Source: a virus
Length of the DNA: 64,000 nucleotides
Direction: 5' to 3' (one strand)
IMG/VR virus record: IMGVR_UViG_3300045541_000131
Span: 1 to 64,000 of that record
Shown piece by piece: positions 49,378 to 59,388 of this stretch (position 1 is its first letter; the number at the start of each line of letters is the position of its first letter). The notes beneath the pieces were generated by a model. The model made no database searches. It worked only from the letters and a program-made list of their open reading frames with translations, and was not told where the DNA came from. The translations under genes were made by a program, and so were the position numbers.

Positions 49378-50658
49378 ATGAAAATCCAGCAATTAATCAC
49401 AGAAACAGTCGACGGTAAAAATCTCCATCTCGAGCATCTGGATGATGAGATTTGGAATCGTGGACATCAAGGTGCCGTTGAAGCACTACAATACTTAGAA
49501 GGTGCTGCTGGCTTATTGCTTGGATCTAGCGATCAAAAGTATTTTGCTACTAAAAAGTGGGATGGTAGCCCAGCATTGCTAGTAGGCACAGATCCCGAAA
49601 CTGGCGCTTTTGTTATGGGCGACAAAGGCATTTTTAGTGCAACAAAAGAAAACAGAATATACAAGGCCGGCGATGTAGATCGTGTAAAGCCTGACAAAGA
49701 AGTTAAAGGCCAGAAAGTAGATCGTAGTGATCTTAGAACTAAACTCAAAACAGCCTTTAACTACTTAAAAGACTTAAACTACGGCGACAAGATTTTACAA
49801 GGCGATTTGCTTTGGACACAAGGCGACGGTCAAAGCGGATTCCAAATGATCGACGGCGTTAACTATTGGACATTTACTCCTAACTTGTTAACTTATGCTG
49901 TTCCAGCCGACACACCTCTGGCACAGCGCATGAGCAAGGCTAAGGTGGGTATTGTGTTTCATACAACCTATGAAGGTGGTCCTACTCTTAAAAACATGTC
50001 GGCGAGATTTGGTGCTGACATCGGTGAAATAGGCAGCACACCTTATATCTATGTTCGTGATGCTACAATTAAAGATGTTAGCGGCAGCGTAACACTAACA
50101 CAACGCGAAAGCAACATGTTGGAAATGGCCGTTGCTGAATTATGGAACTACTTGTCGGCAATCGGTGAAGAAACATTTAAATGGTTAGAAAGTTCAGTGG
50201 CCGGGCATAGCCTACGAGACTTAATCAAGATAGACATTAACAAAATGGTTCGTGCTGGTGCCATGGATCAGCCAGAAGCGTATGTTCAGCAGTTCCTTAA
50301 GAGATTAGCTGAAAGATTGACTGCTGACATTGAAAAACTAAAGACACAAGCTGGTCAGGATCGCAAGCGTGCCGCACAAGAAGAAGCATTAAAATATATT
50401 CAGCAGCACACTGAAAGCATTGAAAATGTTTACTTGTTGTTCATTGGTATTCAGCGTGTTAAAGATGTTTTACAGAAACACTACGCAGCTATTCGTCAAA
50501 TAGATACATTTATTGCCAGACCAGATGGCAGCTTTGATGTTAAACCCGAAGAAGGTGTAGTCATTGTTGACCATTTAGGCAAAGGCGGCAAGGAAGCAGT
50601 TAAGATTGTAGACAGATTAGATTTCAGTCGCGAAAACTTTGAAAAGGCTCGAGGATGA
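49378..50658 (+). CDS. phage protein with ligase-like KWDG motif (DUF6267-like)
   Basis: HLEHLDD, KKWDGSPA, QGDLLW, EGVV...KIVDRLDFSRENF. Confidence 0.65.
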   Translation: MKIQQLITETVDGKNLHLEHLDDEIWNRGHQGAVEALQYLEGAAGLLLGSSDQKYFATKKWDGSPALLVGTDPETGAFVMGDKGIFSATKENRIYKAGDVDRVKPDKEVKGQKVDRSDLRTKLKTAFNYLKDLNYGDKILQGDLLWTQGDGQSGFQMIDGVNYWTFTPNLLTYAVPADTPLAQRMSKAKVGIVFHTTYEGGPTLKNMSARFGADIGEIGSTPYIYVRDATIKDVSGSVTLTQRESNMLEMAVAELWNYLSAIGEETFKWLESSVAGHSLRDLIKIDINKMVRAGAMDQPEAYVQQFLKRLAERLTADIEKLKTQAGQDRKRAAQEEALKYIQQHTESIENVYLLFIGIQRVKDVLQKHYAAIRQIDTFIARPDGSFDVKPEEGVVIVDHLGKGGKEAVKIVDRLDFSRENFEKARG

Positions 50659-51284
50659 GATTACTAGAATTAAAAGGCGGGCGTAGACTTATAGTCGTAT
50701 ACGGTGGCGGCTTTCAGCCTTTTCATGTGGGACACATGAGCAGTTACTTACAAGGCAAGGCAGCATTTCCTGATGCTGACTTTTATGTTGCTGCCAGTAA
50801 TGTAACCAGCGAGCGTCCAATACCTTTTACTGAAAAGAAATTTTTAGCACAACAAGCTGGTGTTAGTGATCCTGTTGTTCAAGTGGGCACTATGAGTTAT
50901 ACAAATGATGCTGGCCGTAAAGTAACCAGCACTCCATTGAATCCTTTAGAAGTTTTACAAAAATACGATCCAAACAAAGATGTCCTAGTTATTCTACGCA
51001 GCGAGCGTGATCCAATGAAGACCACAGCCACTAGTTATTATCAGCCATGGCAAGGTATGGAAGCAGCAGAACCATTCGGCGAGCATGCTTATATTTTTGT
51101 AACTAAGAAACATGACTTTACTCTCTGCGGCAAAGATGTATGTAGCGGCACACAAGTTCGTAACATGTATCAAGAAGCCAATGACAAAGAAAGATTAAAT
51201 TTAATCAAACAACTATATCCCAGTGCTACTAATGAAGTAAAAATAAAGAAAATATTAGACAGCAGATTAGGTTCAGCAACATGA
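50655..51284 (+). CDS. cytidyltransferase-like (HxGH) nucleotidyltransferase
   Basis: GGGFQPFHVGH; SGTQVR. Confidence 0.8.
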   Translation: MRLLELKGGRRLIVVYGGGFQPFHVGHMSSYLQGKAAFPDADFYVAASNVTSERPIPFTEKKFLAQQAGVSDPVVQVGTMSYTNDAGRKVTSTPLNPLEVLQKYDPNKDVLVILRSERDPMKTTATSYYQPWQGMEAAEPFGEHAYIFVTKKHDFTLCGKDVCSGTQVRNMYQEANDKERLNLIKQLYPSATNEVKIKKILDSRLGSAT

Positions 51285-52999
51285 AATACTTAGAAATATT
51301 CGAGCAAATGCTCAGTGAAATCAACATGAGCCCCAGCAGCCTAAGAACACTGGCCAGCCAGATTGATGCTCGTGCTGGCATGGAGTTCGAAATGTTAGTG
51401 CCAGGTGTTGGTGGTGCAGATGAAGAAGGCGACATGGAACCCGACTACGGTGCCGACGAGCGTATTCGTAGATTTGGTGATATTAGAGACTTTTTCTATG
51501 ATGGTAACTTCAATAGTCGTCGCGATGTAGAGAGTTTAATGGATGAAATCTGGAACGATTACGCGGACAGCGATTGGCTCAGCGAAAAGAAACAATCAGC
51601 ATGGGATGAAGTTGCCGAAGATCATATCCGTGATTTAGTAGAGCGTGACTATGGTGATGAATATTTAGAACAAGCTGAGGAAGAAGCCAAAGATCAAGCA
51701 CCGGAATTCGGCATGAACGCTGAAGAACTACAACAAGCTGTACAGGTTCGTTATAAAGAATTATTCCTAGACAAAGTCAACGAAATCCTCAGCGACATGG
51801 GCGACGACTACGACAAGGCCTTTGAAGAATGGCAAGACGAAGTTTGGCCTGAAATTTGGAACGACGATGACATGTTCACCGACTGGGCCGAGGAAGAAGG
51901 CATGAGAATGATGAGTGACATAACAAGAGGTTATGAAATCACATGGCCACATTGGGAATCGCCTGAAACCGAAGGTGAAATAGACATTGAACAAGTTGCT
52001 GATGAATTCGGCGATGCTATAGGCAGACCAGTTAATTGGAGCCGCAATTATCATGGCGGCAAGCGAGCAGCCAACACTTATGTGGTCGAACCCGACGGCA
52101 GTTTAGATGGCGATGATCCTGGTGATGCTGGCTTAGAATTTGTTAGCCCACCATTACCCATACAAGAACTATTAAGTGATTTGGTTAAAGTTAAAAAATG
52201 GGCCGAAAGAGCAGGTGCTTATACAAATTCCAGTACTGGCTTACATATCAATGTCAGCGTACCTGGTTGGCAAGGCAATTTACAAGACTTAGATTATGTT
52301 AAACTAGCTGTATTGTTAGGCGATGAATATATTCTAGCTCAGTTTGGTCGCAGCAGTAACACTTATACCAAGAGTGCTTTAGGCATAGTTAAAAAGCATA
52401 TTCAACAGAGACCGCAAGACGCCGAGGCTCTGCTCAAGCAAATGAAGGATCACTTAAATGCTGCTGCCAGTAAATTAATACACAGCGGCGTTACTGAAAA
52501 GTATACCAGTATCAATGTTAAGGGTGGCTATATAGAATTTCGTAGTCCTGGCGGCGACTGGTTAAATGAAGATTTGGCTACGATTGAAGCAACCTTATTA
52601 CGATTTGTAGTGGCCATGGATGCGGCAGTGGATCCCAACAAGTACAAAGAAGAATACGCAAAGAAGCTTTATAAGTTATTAGCCCCTAGCAATGACACAA
52701 CAGATACGCTACAATACTTTGCTAGATTCAGTGCTGGCACACTACCTCGCAGTGCGTTGACTAGTTTTGTTAAACAAGCACAACTACAGCGTACAATGAA
52801 GAAAACAGGTCCTCAAGCGGGCAAGCGTTATTGGTGGGATGTATCTAAGCCGGACTCAGCAGCTGGCATTAGAGTAGTAGCTGCCACGAAAGAAGAAGCC
52901 ATTGCCAAGGCACAGGGAGAATACCCAGAATGGCGATATGCTAGAAACATTGTAGCTACGCCTTCGGAAGAATACAAAGAACAGGGAGCAGGCTCATGA
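51281..52999 (+). CDS. putative amidoligase (COOH-NH2 ligase) with acidic insert
   Basis: GMEFE, PDGSL, LEFVSPP, NSSTGLHINVS, IEFRSPGG. Confidence 0.8.
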   Translation: MKYLEIFEQMLSEINMSPSSLRTLASQIDARAGMEFEMLVPGVGGADEEGDMEPDYGADERIRRFGDIRDFFYDGNFNSRRDVESLMDEIWNDYADSDWLSEKKQSAWDEVAEDHIRDLVERDYGDEYLEQAEEEAKDQAPEFGMNAEELQQAVQVRYKELFLDKVNEILSDMGDDYDKAFEEWQDEVWPEIWNDDDMFTDWAEEEGMRMMSDITRGYEITWPHWESPETEGEIDIEQVADEFGDAIGRPVNWSRNYHGGKRAANTYVVEPDGSLDGDDPGDAGLEFVSPPLPIQELLSDLVKVKKWAERAGAYTNSSTGLHINVSVPGWQGNLQDLDYVKLAVLLGDEYILAQFGRSSNTYTKSALGIVKKHIQQRPQDAEALLKQMKDHLNAAASKLIHSGVTEKYTSINVKGGYIEFRSPGGDWLNEDLATIEATLLRFVVAMDAAVDPNKYKEEYAKKLYKLLAPSNDTTDTLQYFARFSAGTLPRSALTSFVKQAQLQRTMKKTGPQAGKRYWWDVSKPDSAAGIRVVAATKEEAIAKAQGEYPEWRYARNIVATPSEEYKEQGAGS

Positions 53000-54342
53000 G
53001 ATTAAGCGATTTACAAGAAAGTCAAACTGTCGTCGAAGACGCAAATCCTGTACAAAAGGCAGCAGTACATTTCTTTAACAGTAAAGTTGGCGATGTAGAC
53101 AAAGAAGCCGTTGATAACTATGTAGACGCTGCTAACAGTCTTTATAAAAAAGCACAGCAACAGGGTTTTGGCGATCAAGTAAAGCAAGCATTAGTTAAAG
53201 CCAAGAAAAGTCCTTATTTACAAGGTGGTGTTGTTACTACCATTGGTGCTGTACTTACTGGCGGATTATTAGCATCAGCACAGAGATTTGGCTTAACTCC
53301 TGGTCAAACAAATATGTTATTACAAGCAGTATTGAATACAGTTATTCCTACTGTAGTTAGTCGCATTAATGGTCGCAGTTGGGATGAAACTATTAAGTAT
53401 ACATTGGCCAGTGCCGCTACTGGCATAGGTGCCGCAGCAGCCATGGGCGAATCAGACTACAGTCCAATGACCAAAGACGCAATGAAAGCAGACAAGATCC
53501 GCAGTCTAGAGAATCTTATTGCCAAGTACAAAGAACAAGGTCGCCAATTAAAAGTTCAAGAACTTGAATTAGAACTAAAGAAACTACAAGGTGTGGCAGA
53601 AGGCCCATTGAATGAATCCGATAAATTTACTAGTTGGTATGATTGGAAAGATCAGGCTATAAGTAGTGGGTATACTATTACAAAAAAAGATGATAAAATT
53701 GTAGCATTGAACAAACAAGGCCAAATAGTCGGTCATTGGTCTGATGTTGGTAGGTTTCTAAGTGGTAAGGCACCGCGCCCAAATTTCAATGCCGCAATGC
53801 GGGCAAAAAAAAATCTAGATAATGAGCAAGGTGTGGCGGAAGAAATCAATCCCGAAGTTAAACAACCTGGGTTTAAGCATCGAATCGTAATAGGCGATTA
53901 CATCTATAGTGCCAAAGGCTCTCCCAGTGGCCTAAGGATAGAATGCCACGATAGTGAAGGTACACTTTTAGGCTACGCTCAGTTTATGTTTTACCGAGAC
54001 CACCTTGAAAGTCAGTATACTAAAGTTCGTAGTCAATACCAAGGCCAAGGTATAGCCAGCAATATGTATGCTTACGCACACATGCTAGGCAATGATATTC
54101 AGCCAAGTCCTTATTTAGAGCCTGACGGTAAAAAAATGTGGCGAGCATTCAAAAAATCCGGGGCGGCAAAAATTATGGCCGGTGATACAGTTAAGGAAGC
54201 CAAAATGAGTGCTGCTGTTAGATTTCAGCGTGCCATGGATCGCGAGCGTGCCAAAACTGATGCCCATTATCGAGCAGGCAAAGAAGTAATGGCTCGTGCT
54301 CGTGCCGAACAAGACAAGAAAAAAGAACAAGAGAAAAAATGA
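52996..54342 (+). CDS. modular protein with GNAT acetyltransferase module and QGVAE linkers
   Basis: VRSQYQGQGIASNMY...GKKMW acetyl-CoA motif; two QGVAE. Confidence 0.7.
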   Translation: MRLSDLQESQTVVEDANPVQKAAVHFFNSKVGDVDKEAVDNYVDAANSLYKKAQQQGFGDQVKQALVKAKKSPYLQGGVVTTIGAVLTGGLLASAQRFGLTPGQTNMLLQAVLNTVIPTVVSRINGRSWDETIKYTLASAATGIGAAAAMGESDYSPMTKDAMKADKIRSLENLIAKYKEQGRQLKVQELELELKKLQGVAEGPLNESDKFTSWYDWKDQAISSGYTITKKDDKIVALNKQGQIVGHWSDVGRFLSGKAPRPNFNAAMRAKKNLDNEQGVAEEINPEVKQPGFKHRIVIGDYIYSAKGSPSGLRIECHDSEGTLLGYAQFMFYRDHLESQYTKVRSQYQGQGIASNMYAYAHMLGNDIQPSPYLEPDGKKMWRAFKKSGAAKIMAGDTVKEAKMSAAVRFQRAMDRERAKTDAHYRAGKEVMARARAEQDKKKEQEKK

Positions 54343-54527
54343 AAACAATACACTGGTTCTATTTTGTATCAGCTCTTTGCGTAACATTTTTCGCAGGCTT
54401 AGTCTTAGGCATGATTGCCATGCGAGATTTTATGGCCGAAGAATTTATTGTTATAGATCCTGAAAAACTTCAGCACTATCGTCAGATTCATGAACCTGTA
54501 AAAAAATCTCAAGGAATGACAGCATGA
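54339..54527 (+). CDS. small membrane protein
   Basis: One TM segment; coupled ORF. Confidence 0.5.
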   Translation: MKTIHWFYFVSALCVTFFAGLVLGMIAMRDFMAEEFIVIDPEKLQHYRQIHEPVKKSQGMTA

Positions 54528-55771
54528 GATTACTTGAATTAAAGCAAGGTCTGGGACTAACTATCTTCGACATCGACGATACGCTGTTTCACACCACCGC
54601 CGAAATTAAAGTAATTAAGAACGGGCAAATTGTTCGCAGTCTAAATAATCAAGAATTCAACAACTACGAATTACAACCCGGCGAGTCATTTGACTTTGGT
54701 GAATTCCGCAGTGCCGAAAAGTTTAATCGTGAAAGTAAACCTATTAGACCAATGATTGCCAAATTAAAAGCCATGCTAAAGAACGCCGGAGACAGCACAG
54801 TTATCATGCTGACTGCTCGTGCCGACTTTGACGATAAAGAAAAGTTTTTAAGCACATTTGAAAAGTATGGCATTGATATGAGTCGTGTTCATGTACATCG
54901 TGCTGGCAACTTGCCTGGAGATGATATACCTGCTGAAAAGAAAGCCGTATGGGTTCGTCGCTACTTAGACACTGGCAAGTATGGTCGTGTAAGATTATAT
55001 GATGACAGCAGAACAAACTTAAAGGTATTTAAAGCATTGGCGGCAGAATACCCCAATGTTGAGTTCGAAGCCTACTATGTTGATCCTAATGGTCAAGCCA
55101 TAGTTCATGAACAAGAAGTATTTGAAGATTACAGCACTATAGTTCAAACACTTAGAAAAGCTGGCTATCAAGAACTTGGATCAGGTGCTGATGCTACTGT
55201 ATGGACCAAAGATGCAGGAACTGTAATTAAAATTATTGTACCCGAAGACGAAGAATCTGAGTCGGATCAAGCAGTTGCTACATTTAAAAAGTTCTACGAG
55301 TTCTGTATGGCACACCAGGACATAGAATGTTTGCCTAAGTTTATTAAAATACAAGGTAGCCATTACGCAGAGTTTGAAATAAAAGGTCGAACATTTTTAC
55401 AAATTGCCATGGAACAATTATATCCCATAAAGAAGAATAGCTTCGAACAAGGTATAGTTTATGTATTCAGCGATTATGCTACTAAACGAATACCATGGCA
55501 ACGAGTTAAACAAGAACTCACTCTGCCAAAAACATGGCATGATACTGAATTCTTTGAAAGAAAAGCTAATGAATTCGCATTGAAAATATCCCAGTTGAAT
55601 GAATTAGATGAAGCAAAATTATCAGTGCTATACAATGTAATGGTATTGTTATATCACACTGGTAGAATAAACAAGATGGGTTGGGATTTACACACAGAAA
55701 ATGCCATGCTAAGACGAGATGGCACTATAGTTATTATTGATCCGTGGTTCAATATAGAGGATGGTGTATGA
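54524..55771 (+). CDS. HAD-family phosphatase fused to protein-kinase-like domain
   Basis: FDIDDTL, LTAR, YDD; then LGSGADATVW..VIKI...DLHTEN...IIDP. Confidence 0.75.
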   Translation: MRLLELKQGLGLTIFDIDDTLFHTTAEIKVIKNGQIVRSLNNQEFNNYELQPGESFDFGEFRSAEKFNRESKPIRPMIAKLKAMLKNAGDSTVIMLTARADFDDKEKFLSTFEKYGIDMSRVHVHRAGNLPGDDIPAEKKAVWVRRYLDTGKYGRVRLYDDSRTNLKVFKALAAEYPNVEFEAYYVDPNGQAIVHEQEVFEDYSTIVQTLRKAGYQELGSGADATVWTKDAGTVIKIIVPEDEESESDQAVATFKKFYEFCMAHQDIECLPKFIKIQGSHYAEFEIKGRTFLQIAMEQLYPIKKNSFEQGIVYVFSDYATKRIPWQRVKQELTLPKTWHDTEFFERKANEFALKISQLNELDEAKLSVLYNVMVLLYHTGRINKMGWDLHTENAMLRRDGTIVIIDPWFNIEDGV

Positions 55772-56082
55772 ACATTGATGATTTAATGGGAAAGAGTCGT
55801 CCTAAAAAAGTCCAGCGTGAATATACTGACATGGAAAGAGCCATCATGGAAGGCGGCGGGGAAATATTATCAGACGATGTTTATTACCTACAAAAGGAAT
55901 TAGAACAACAGTTTGAAAACTTTGCCGACGGAAAGAAACCTGGACGCAAAGGACTAGCAAAACGCATGGGTGTAGATTGTAGCAAAAGCGAAACTGCACT
56001 ACGCAAGATTGCTAAAAATTCATCAGGCGAGCGTCAGCGTATGGCACATTGGTGTGCTAACATGAAGGGTGGCCGCAAGTGA
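55768..56082 (+). CDS. hypothetical protein
   Basis: GAGG RBS; FENFADGKKPGRKG module. Confidence 0.6.
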   Translation: MNIDDLMGKSRPKKVQREYTDMERAIMEGGGEILSDDVYYLQKELEQQFENFADGKKPGRKGLAKRMGVDCSKSETALRKIAKNSSGERQRMAHWCANMKGGRK

Positions 56083-56639
56083 AAGTTGCAGACATTATCA
56101 CCGAAGCCAAAGTCAGTGTCCGTGATCAAATCATTGCGGCTGTTAAAAAAGATGGCGGCAAGTTAAATGACTATTTTGTTAGATTTACAGATGTTGACCA
56201 GTTGGGATATTCAGCACGACAAAAGTTTGGTCGTACACCCGATGTCGGCGCTCCTGATTTTGATGTTGATTACATAGGAACAAACAAAGGTAGTCCAGCA
56301 CTTTGGTTTTACCCTTTAAAATATTATCTCAGTCAAAAAGAATCCTATGCTACTGATAAACCTTATGTATGGGTAGTCAAATTAAAACCTACAGCATGGC
56401 TACAGCCCGTTAGCAGTTCAACTAAAGAAAAACAGCCTGCACCTGCAGGACTTGAGCGAGTGGGATTTTTACGCAAATCTACTGTGCCTGCTGCTATATT
56501 TTTTAAACCTGGCTATGAACTTGTGGCTAAAATCTATGACTATGGCGGGCAGCATCAAAGACATGGTGAAGTCAAGGGTGCTCCTAAAAAACCTGGTTTA
56601 CTGTCAAAGGTATTAGGTATGTTTGGTAAAGGTAAATAA
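56079..56639 (+). CDS. hypothetical protein
   Basis: MKVADIITEA start. Confidence 0.65.
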   Translation: MKVADIITEAKVSVRDQIIAAVKKDGGKLNDYFVRFTDVDQLGYSARQKFGRTPDVGAPDFDVDYIGTNKGSPALWFYPLKYYLSQKESYATDKPYVWVVKLKPTAWLQPVSSSTKEKQPAPAGLERVGFLRKSTVPAAIFFKPGYELVAKIYDYGGQHQRHGEVKGAPKKPGLLSKVLGMFGKGK

Positions 56640-56645
56640 TATATT

Positions 56646-57983
56646 ATGCGATTACTAGAAATTAAATCACTATTAGAAGCTACAACACTTACCGCCAAGG
56701 AAATGTCCAAATACCCTTTCCGCCAAGAAGTGTTTTTACAAAAAGTTAAAAATCAAAGTCCTTTTGAACTAGATGACGGAACCAGCGGTGTAGTTGATAA
56801 AAAAGAACTACCTAGACTAAAGCAATTATTTGCAGCTGGTAACTTTGCTGCTGTTGGCAAAATCAAGCTAGCAGATGGCAGAATGGTTGCCATGGGCAAG
56901 TTTAAAAAGACTGGTGAGTTTGGCGGCAAGACTGGTGGCGAAGAAGGTAAAGTAAGTAATCGCGGTGAAGTTGCTGAAGGCATTATGGGTGCAGGTTTAT
57001 TTGCTAAACTAGCTGCTCGTGCCGGCGGAAAAATTAATGCTATTGGCCCAGATGATATTTGGCGTGTTATTGACCAACTAAAAAGCTCCGGTGCCGACGA
57101 ATACTCGATGAAGATTCGTGATGCTGGTAAGGTAGTCGTCAATGACAGCATTGTGTTTACATTAAGGCTAAAAGAAGGTCCTTATAAGGATTTGCTAAAT
57201 CCAGCCAAGCGTAGTTTATTAACTGACTTAGTGGGTAGCGTAGTTGAGTTTTCTAACAGTAAGGATGCTGAAGAATACAGTAAGTATTTCTACTTAAATG
57301 GCAAGCCTGATATTATCAATGTTATTGCCGACGGGGTTACTGAAGAGAAAAGCAGTAAAGTTGACGTTAAGGTCGTAGTAACTGATCCTAAGACTGGTCA
57401 ACAAAGCGAGCGTGTATTGAATCTAAGCCTAAAAGCTGGAGCCGATCAGTTCGGTCAAGTTGGCGGTGGCAAGGCCGCTGTTGCCGGCAGTCAGTTTGAA
57501 AGCCAAAAAACACTATGGAGTCGTTTTGGTATAGATGTAGAAAGTCTACGTGCTGACTTTGAGCGTTTACTCAAGGATAAAGGCCTATTGGAGGCCATTG
57601 CCATGATGTATACTAACGCTGACAGCATGTTTAGAGAACTATTAAGCGGTGACTACGACGAAGAAGAATATTTGTATCTAAAGGACTTTGTCAAAGCCAT
57701 TAATTATTTTGCTACATTAAACATGCCTAATATCTTATTAGTCAGCATGGAAGGCGGCACTTATGATGTGTTGAACTTTGACTTGCTAGAAGGCAAGCTA
57801 AAAGACATCAATCTCAGCAGTAGATTTAGCGAAACAACCAAGAATCCTCAAGTTGAAATTTACGACGAAGCTACAGGACAATGGCTGCTTAGAGTTCGTG
57901 CTAAAGTAGAGGGCGGTAGTTATTTGCGTAACTACATCGAAAAAGGCCCGCTAATGTCTAAGCTAATTAGCGTCAAACGCTAA
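56646..57983 (+). CDS. hypothetical protein, possible PD-(D/E)xK nuclease fold
   Basis: NRGEVAEG...KVDV...LSLK; TAAATA upstream. Confidence 0.55.
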   Translation: MRLLEIKSLLEATTLTAKEMSKYPFRQEVFLQKVKNQSPFELDDGTSGVVDKKELPRLKQLFAAGNFAAVGKIKLADGRMVAMGKFKKTGEFGGKTGGEEGKVSNRGEVAEGIMGAGLFAKLAARAGGKINAIGPDDIWRVIDQLKSSGADEYSMKIRDAGKVVVNDSIVFTLRLKEGPYKDLLNPAKRSLLTDLVGSVVEFSNSKDAEEYSKYFYLNGKPDIINVIADGVTEEKSSKVDVKVVVTDPKTGQQSERVLNLSLKAGADQFGQVGGGKAAVAGSQFESQKTLWSRFGIDVESLRADFERLLKDKGLLEAIAMMYTNADSMFRELLSGDYDEEEYLYLKDFVKAINYFATLNMPNILLVSMEGGTYDVLNFDLLEGKLKDINLSSRFSETTKNPQVEIYDEATGQWLLRVRAKVEGGSYLRNYIEKGPLMSKLISVKR

Positions 57984-58025
57984 TTTCAATTTAAAATAAT
58001 CGAACAAAATTGACTAAATAATACT

Positions 58026-58313
58026 ATGAAAATAGTAGAACTTATCGCGGAAGATGCAGGCGGCATGGGAGCAGGCAGCGTTGCTGCTGTAGCTATGCCT
58101 TTTATGCGTCCTCATCGCAAACGCAAAACACGCACAATGCGTCGGGAAAGCGGCAACGAAATCCTACGCAGAATGCCTTATAATAATATTGCCGAAGAAT
58201 TAATGGCTTCACTGGAAGAAAAGTGGAGCGAAAAATACAAGCGTAGTATTAACTGCGATAACCCTAAAGGTTTTAGTCAAAAAGCACATTGCCAAGGAAG
58301 AAAAAATGGATAA
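58026..58313 (+). CDS. hypothetical protein
   Basis: MKIVELIAED; LEEKWSEKYKRSINC.NPKGFSQKAHC. Confidence 0.65.
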   Translation: MKIVELIAEDAGGMGAGSVAAVAMPFMRPHRKRKTRTMRRESGNEILRRMPYNNIAEELMASLEEKWSEKYKRSINCDNPKGFSQKAHCQGRKNG

Positions 58314-59385
58314 AGCAAAAGCCCGTAAAATGTATGAACTTGCTGATCGTTTAAGCAAAGTTGATACAAGTAGCCTAAATGAACAGCAACTAGCAGAGCG
58401 TAGTGCTATGATTCAACGCCTTGGCGAAGAACTAAAAGCTATGAAGCAGGGTGTGGCGGAAGCCAGAGGTTTTACTGATCAAGACCTTGAATATTATGAT
58501 AGAGTGGCACGAGAAGCAATTGAGCTAAGTCGACAGTGGCAGAAGAAACCATTGGATACTATGATAGGCGGTAAGGCTATGATAAGGATTACTCAACTTT
58601 TAGGTCCAAGAGGTCTATTGCCAGAATTTTTTAAGGTAGACATTACAGCGGTCGCTGGCGATACTAACCATTATAAAGATCAGTATGCGAAGGCTATATC
58701 TGGTTACAATCCAGCCTATAAACCAACACAACTTATGCAACGGGTAAAGGAGCTCAATGAGCTGTTCGTTATAAGTAAGGATCCCAACGAAGTTGCAAAA
58801 CTAGACGCACAAAGATTGTCAATGGAAATATTTACGTTTGCTGGAATTATTCAAGATTTTGTGATACGACAACTTAACCAGATGGACATGCATAACCGTA
58901 ATAAATCGCTCCGATTCGGTCCAAACACCCAGCGCGAAGGTATGGCAGAAGACGAAGAAGACTTGCACACAAGTTTTAATGTTGTTAAACTTGGTGGTGC
59001 TTTAAATGCTGATCCTCGAACACTTCGTGCTGCTATTGCAAGACACATGCAGGGCAACCCCACAAGAACAGATATAATGGTATTAGCTAATGCGTTCATG
59101 GGAATGTTAAAGAACAGCGACGATCAAGAAATACAAAGAATTGCTAACTTAATCAAGTCTGGCAATCCTCGCGAAGTTCCGCAGGAAAGCACTGCTGCTA
59201 TAGCCGAACGCAATGCTTTCGTTGATGCAATGCGTCAAGTTAAAAAAGGTGAAAAGTTTACAGTAGGTGGCAAGGAGTTTACAAAGACTACAAGCCACGG
59301 TGAAGATGAAGTTAAAGAAGCCGTTGACACAGAAGCCTACGACAGACTCAAGAAGGCATTTGATTTCAGCGATTACAAAGGTTAA
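58306..59385 (+). CDS. modular hypothetical protein with QGVAE/EGMAE linkers
   Basis: Linkers at 58447 and 58936. Confidence 0.65.
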   Translation: MDKAKARKMYELADRLSKVDTSSLNEQQLAERSAMIQRLGEELKAMKQGVAEARGFTDQDLEYYDRVAREAIELSRQWQKKPLDTMIGGKAMIRITQLLGPRGLLPEFFKVDITAVAGDTNHYKDQYAKAISGYNPAYKPTQLMQRVKELNELFVISKDPNEVAKLDAQRLSMEIFTFAGIIQDFVIRQLNQMDMHNRNKSLRFGPNTQREGMAEDEEDLHTSFNVVKLGGALNADPRTLRAAIARHMQGNPTRTDIMVLANAFMGMLKNSDDQEIQRIANLIKSGNPREVPQESTAAIAERNAFVDAMRQVKKGEKFTVGGKEFTKTTSHGEDEVKEAVDTEAYDRLKKAFDFSDYKG

Positions 59386-59388
59386 ATT

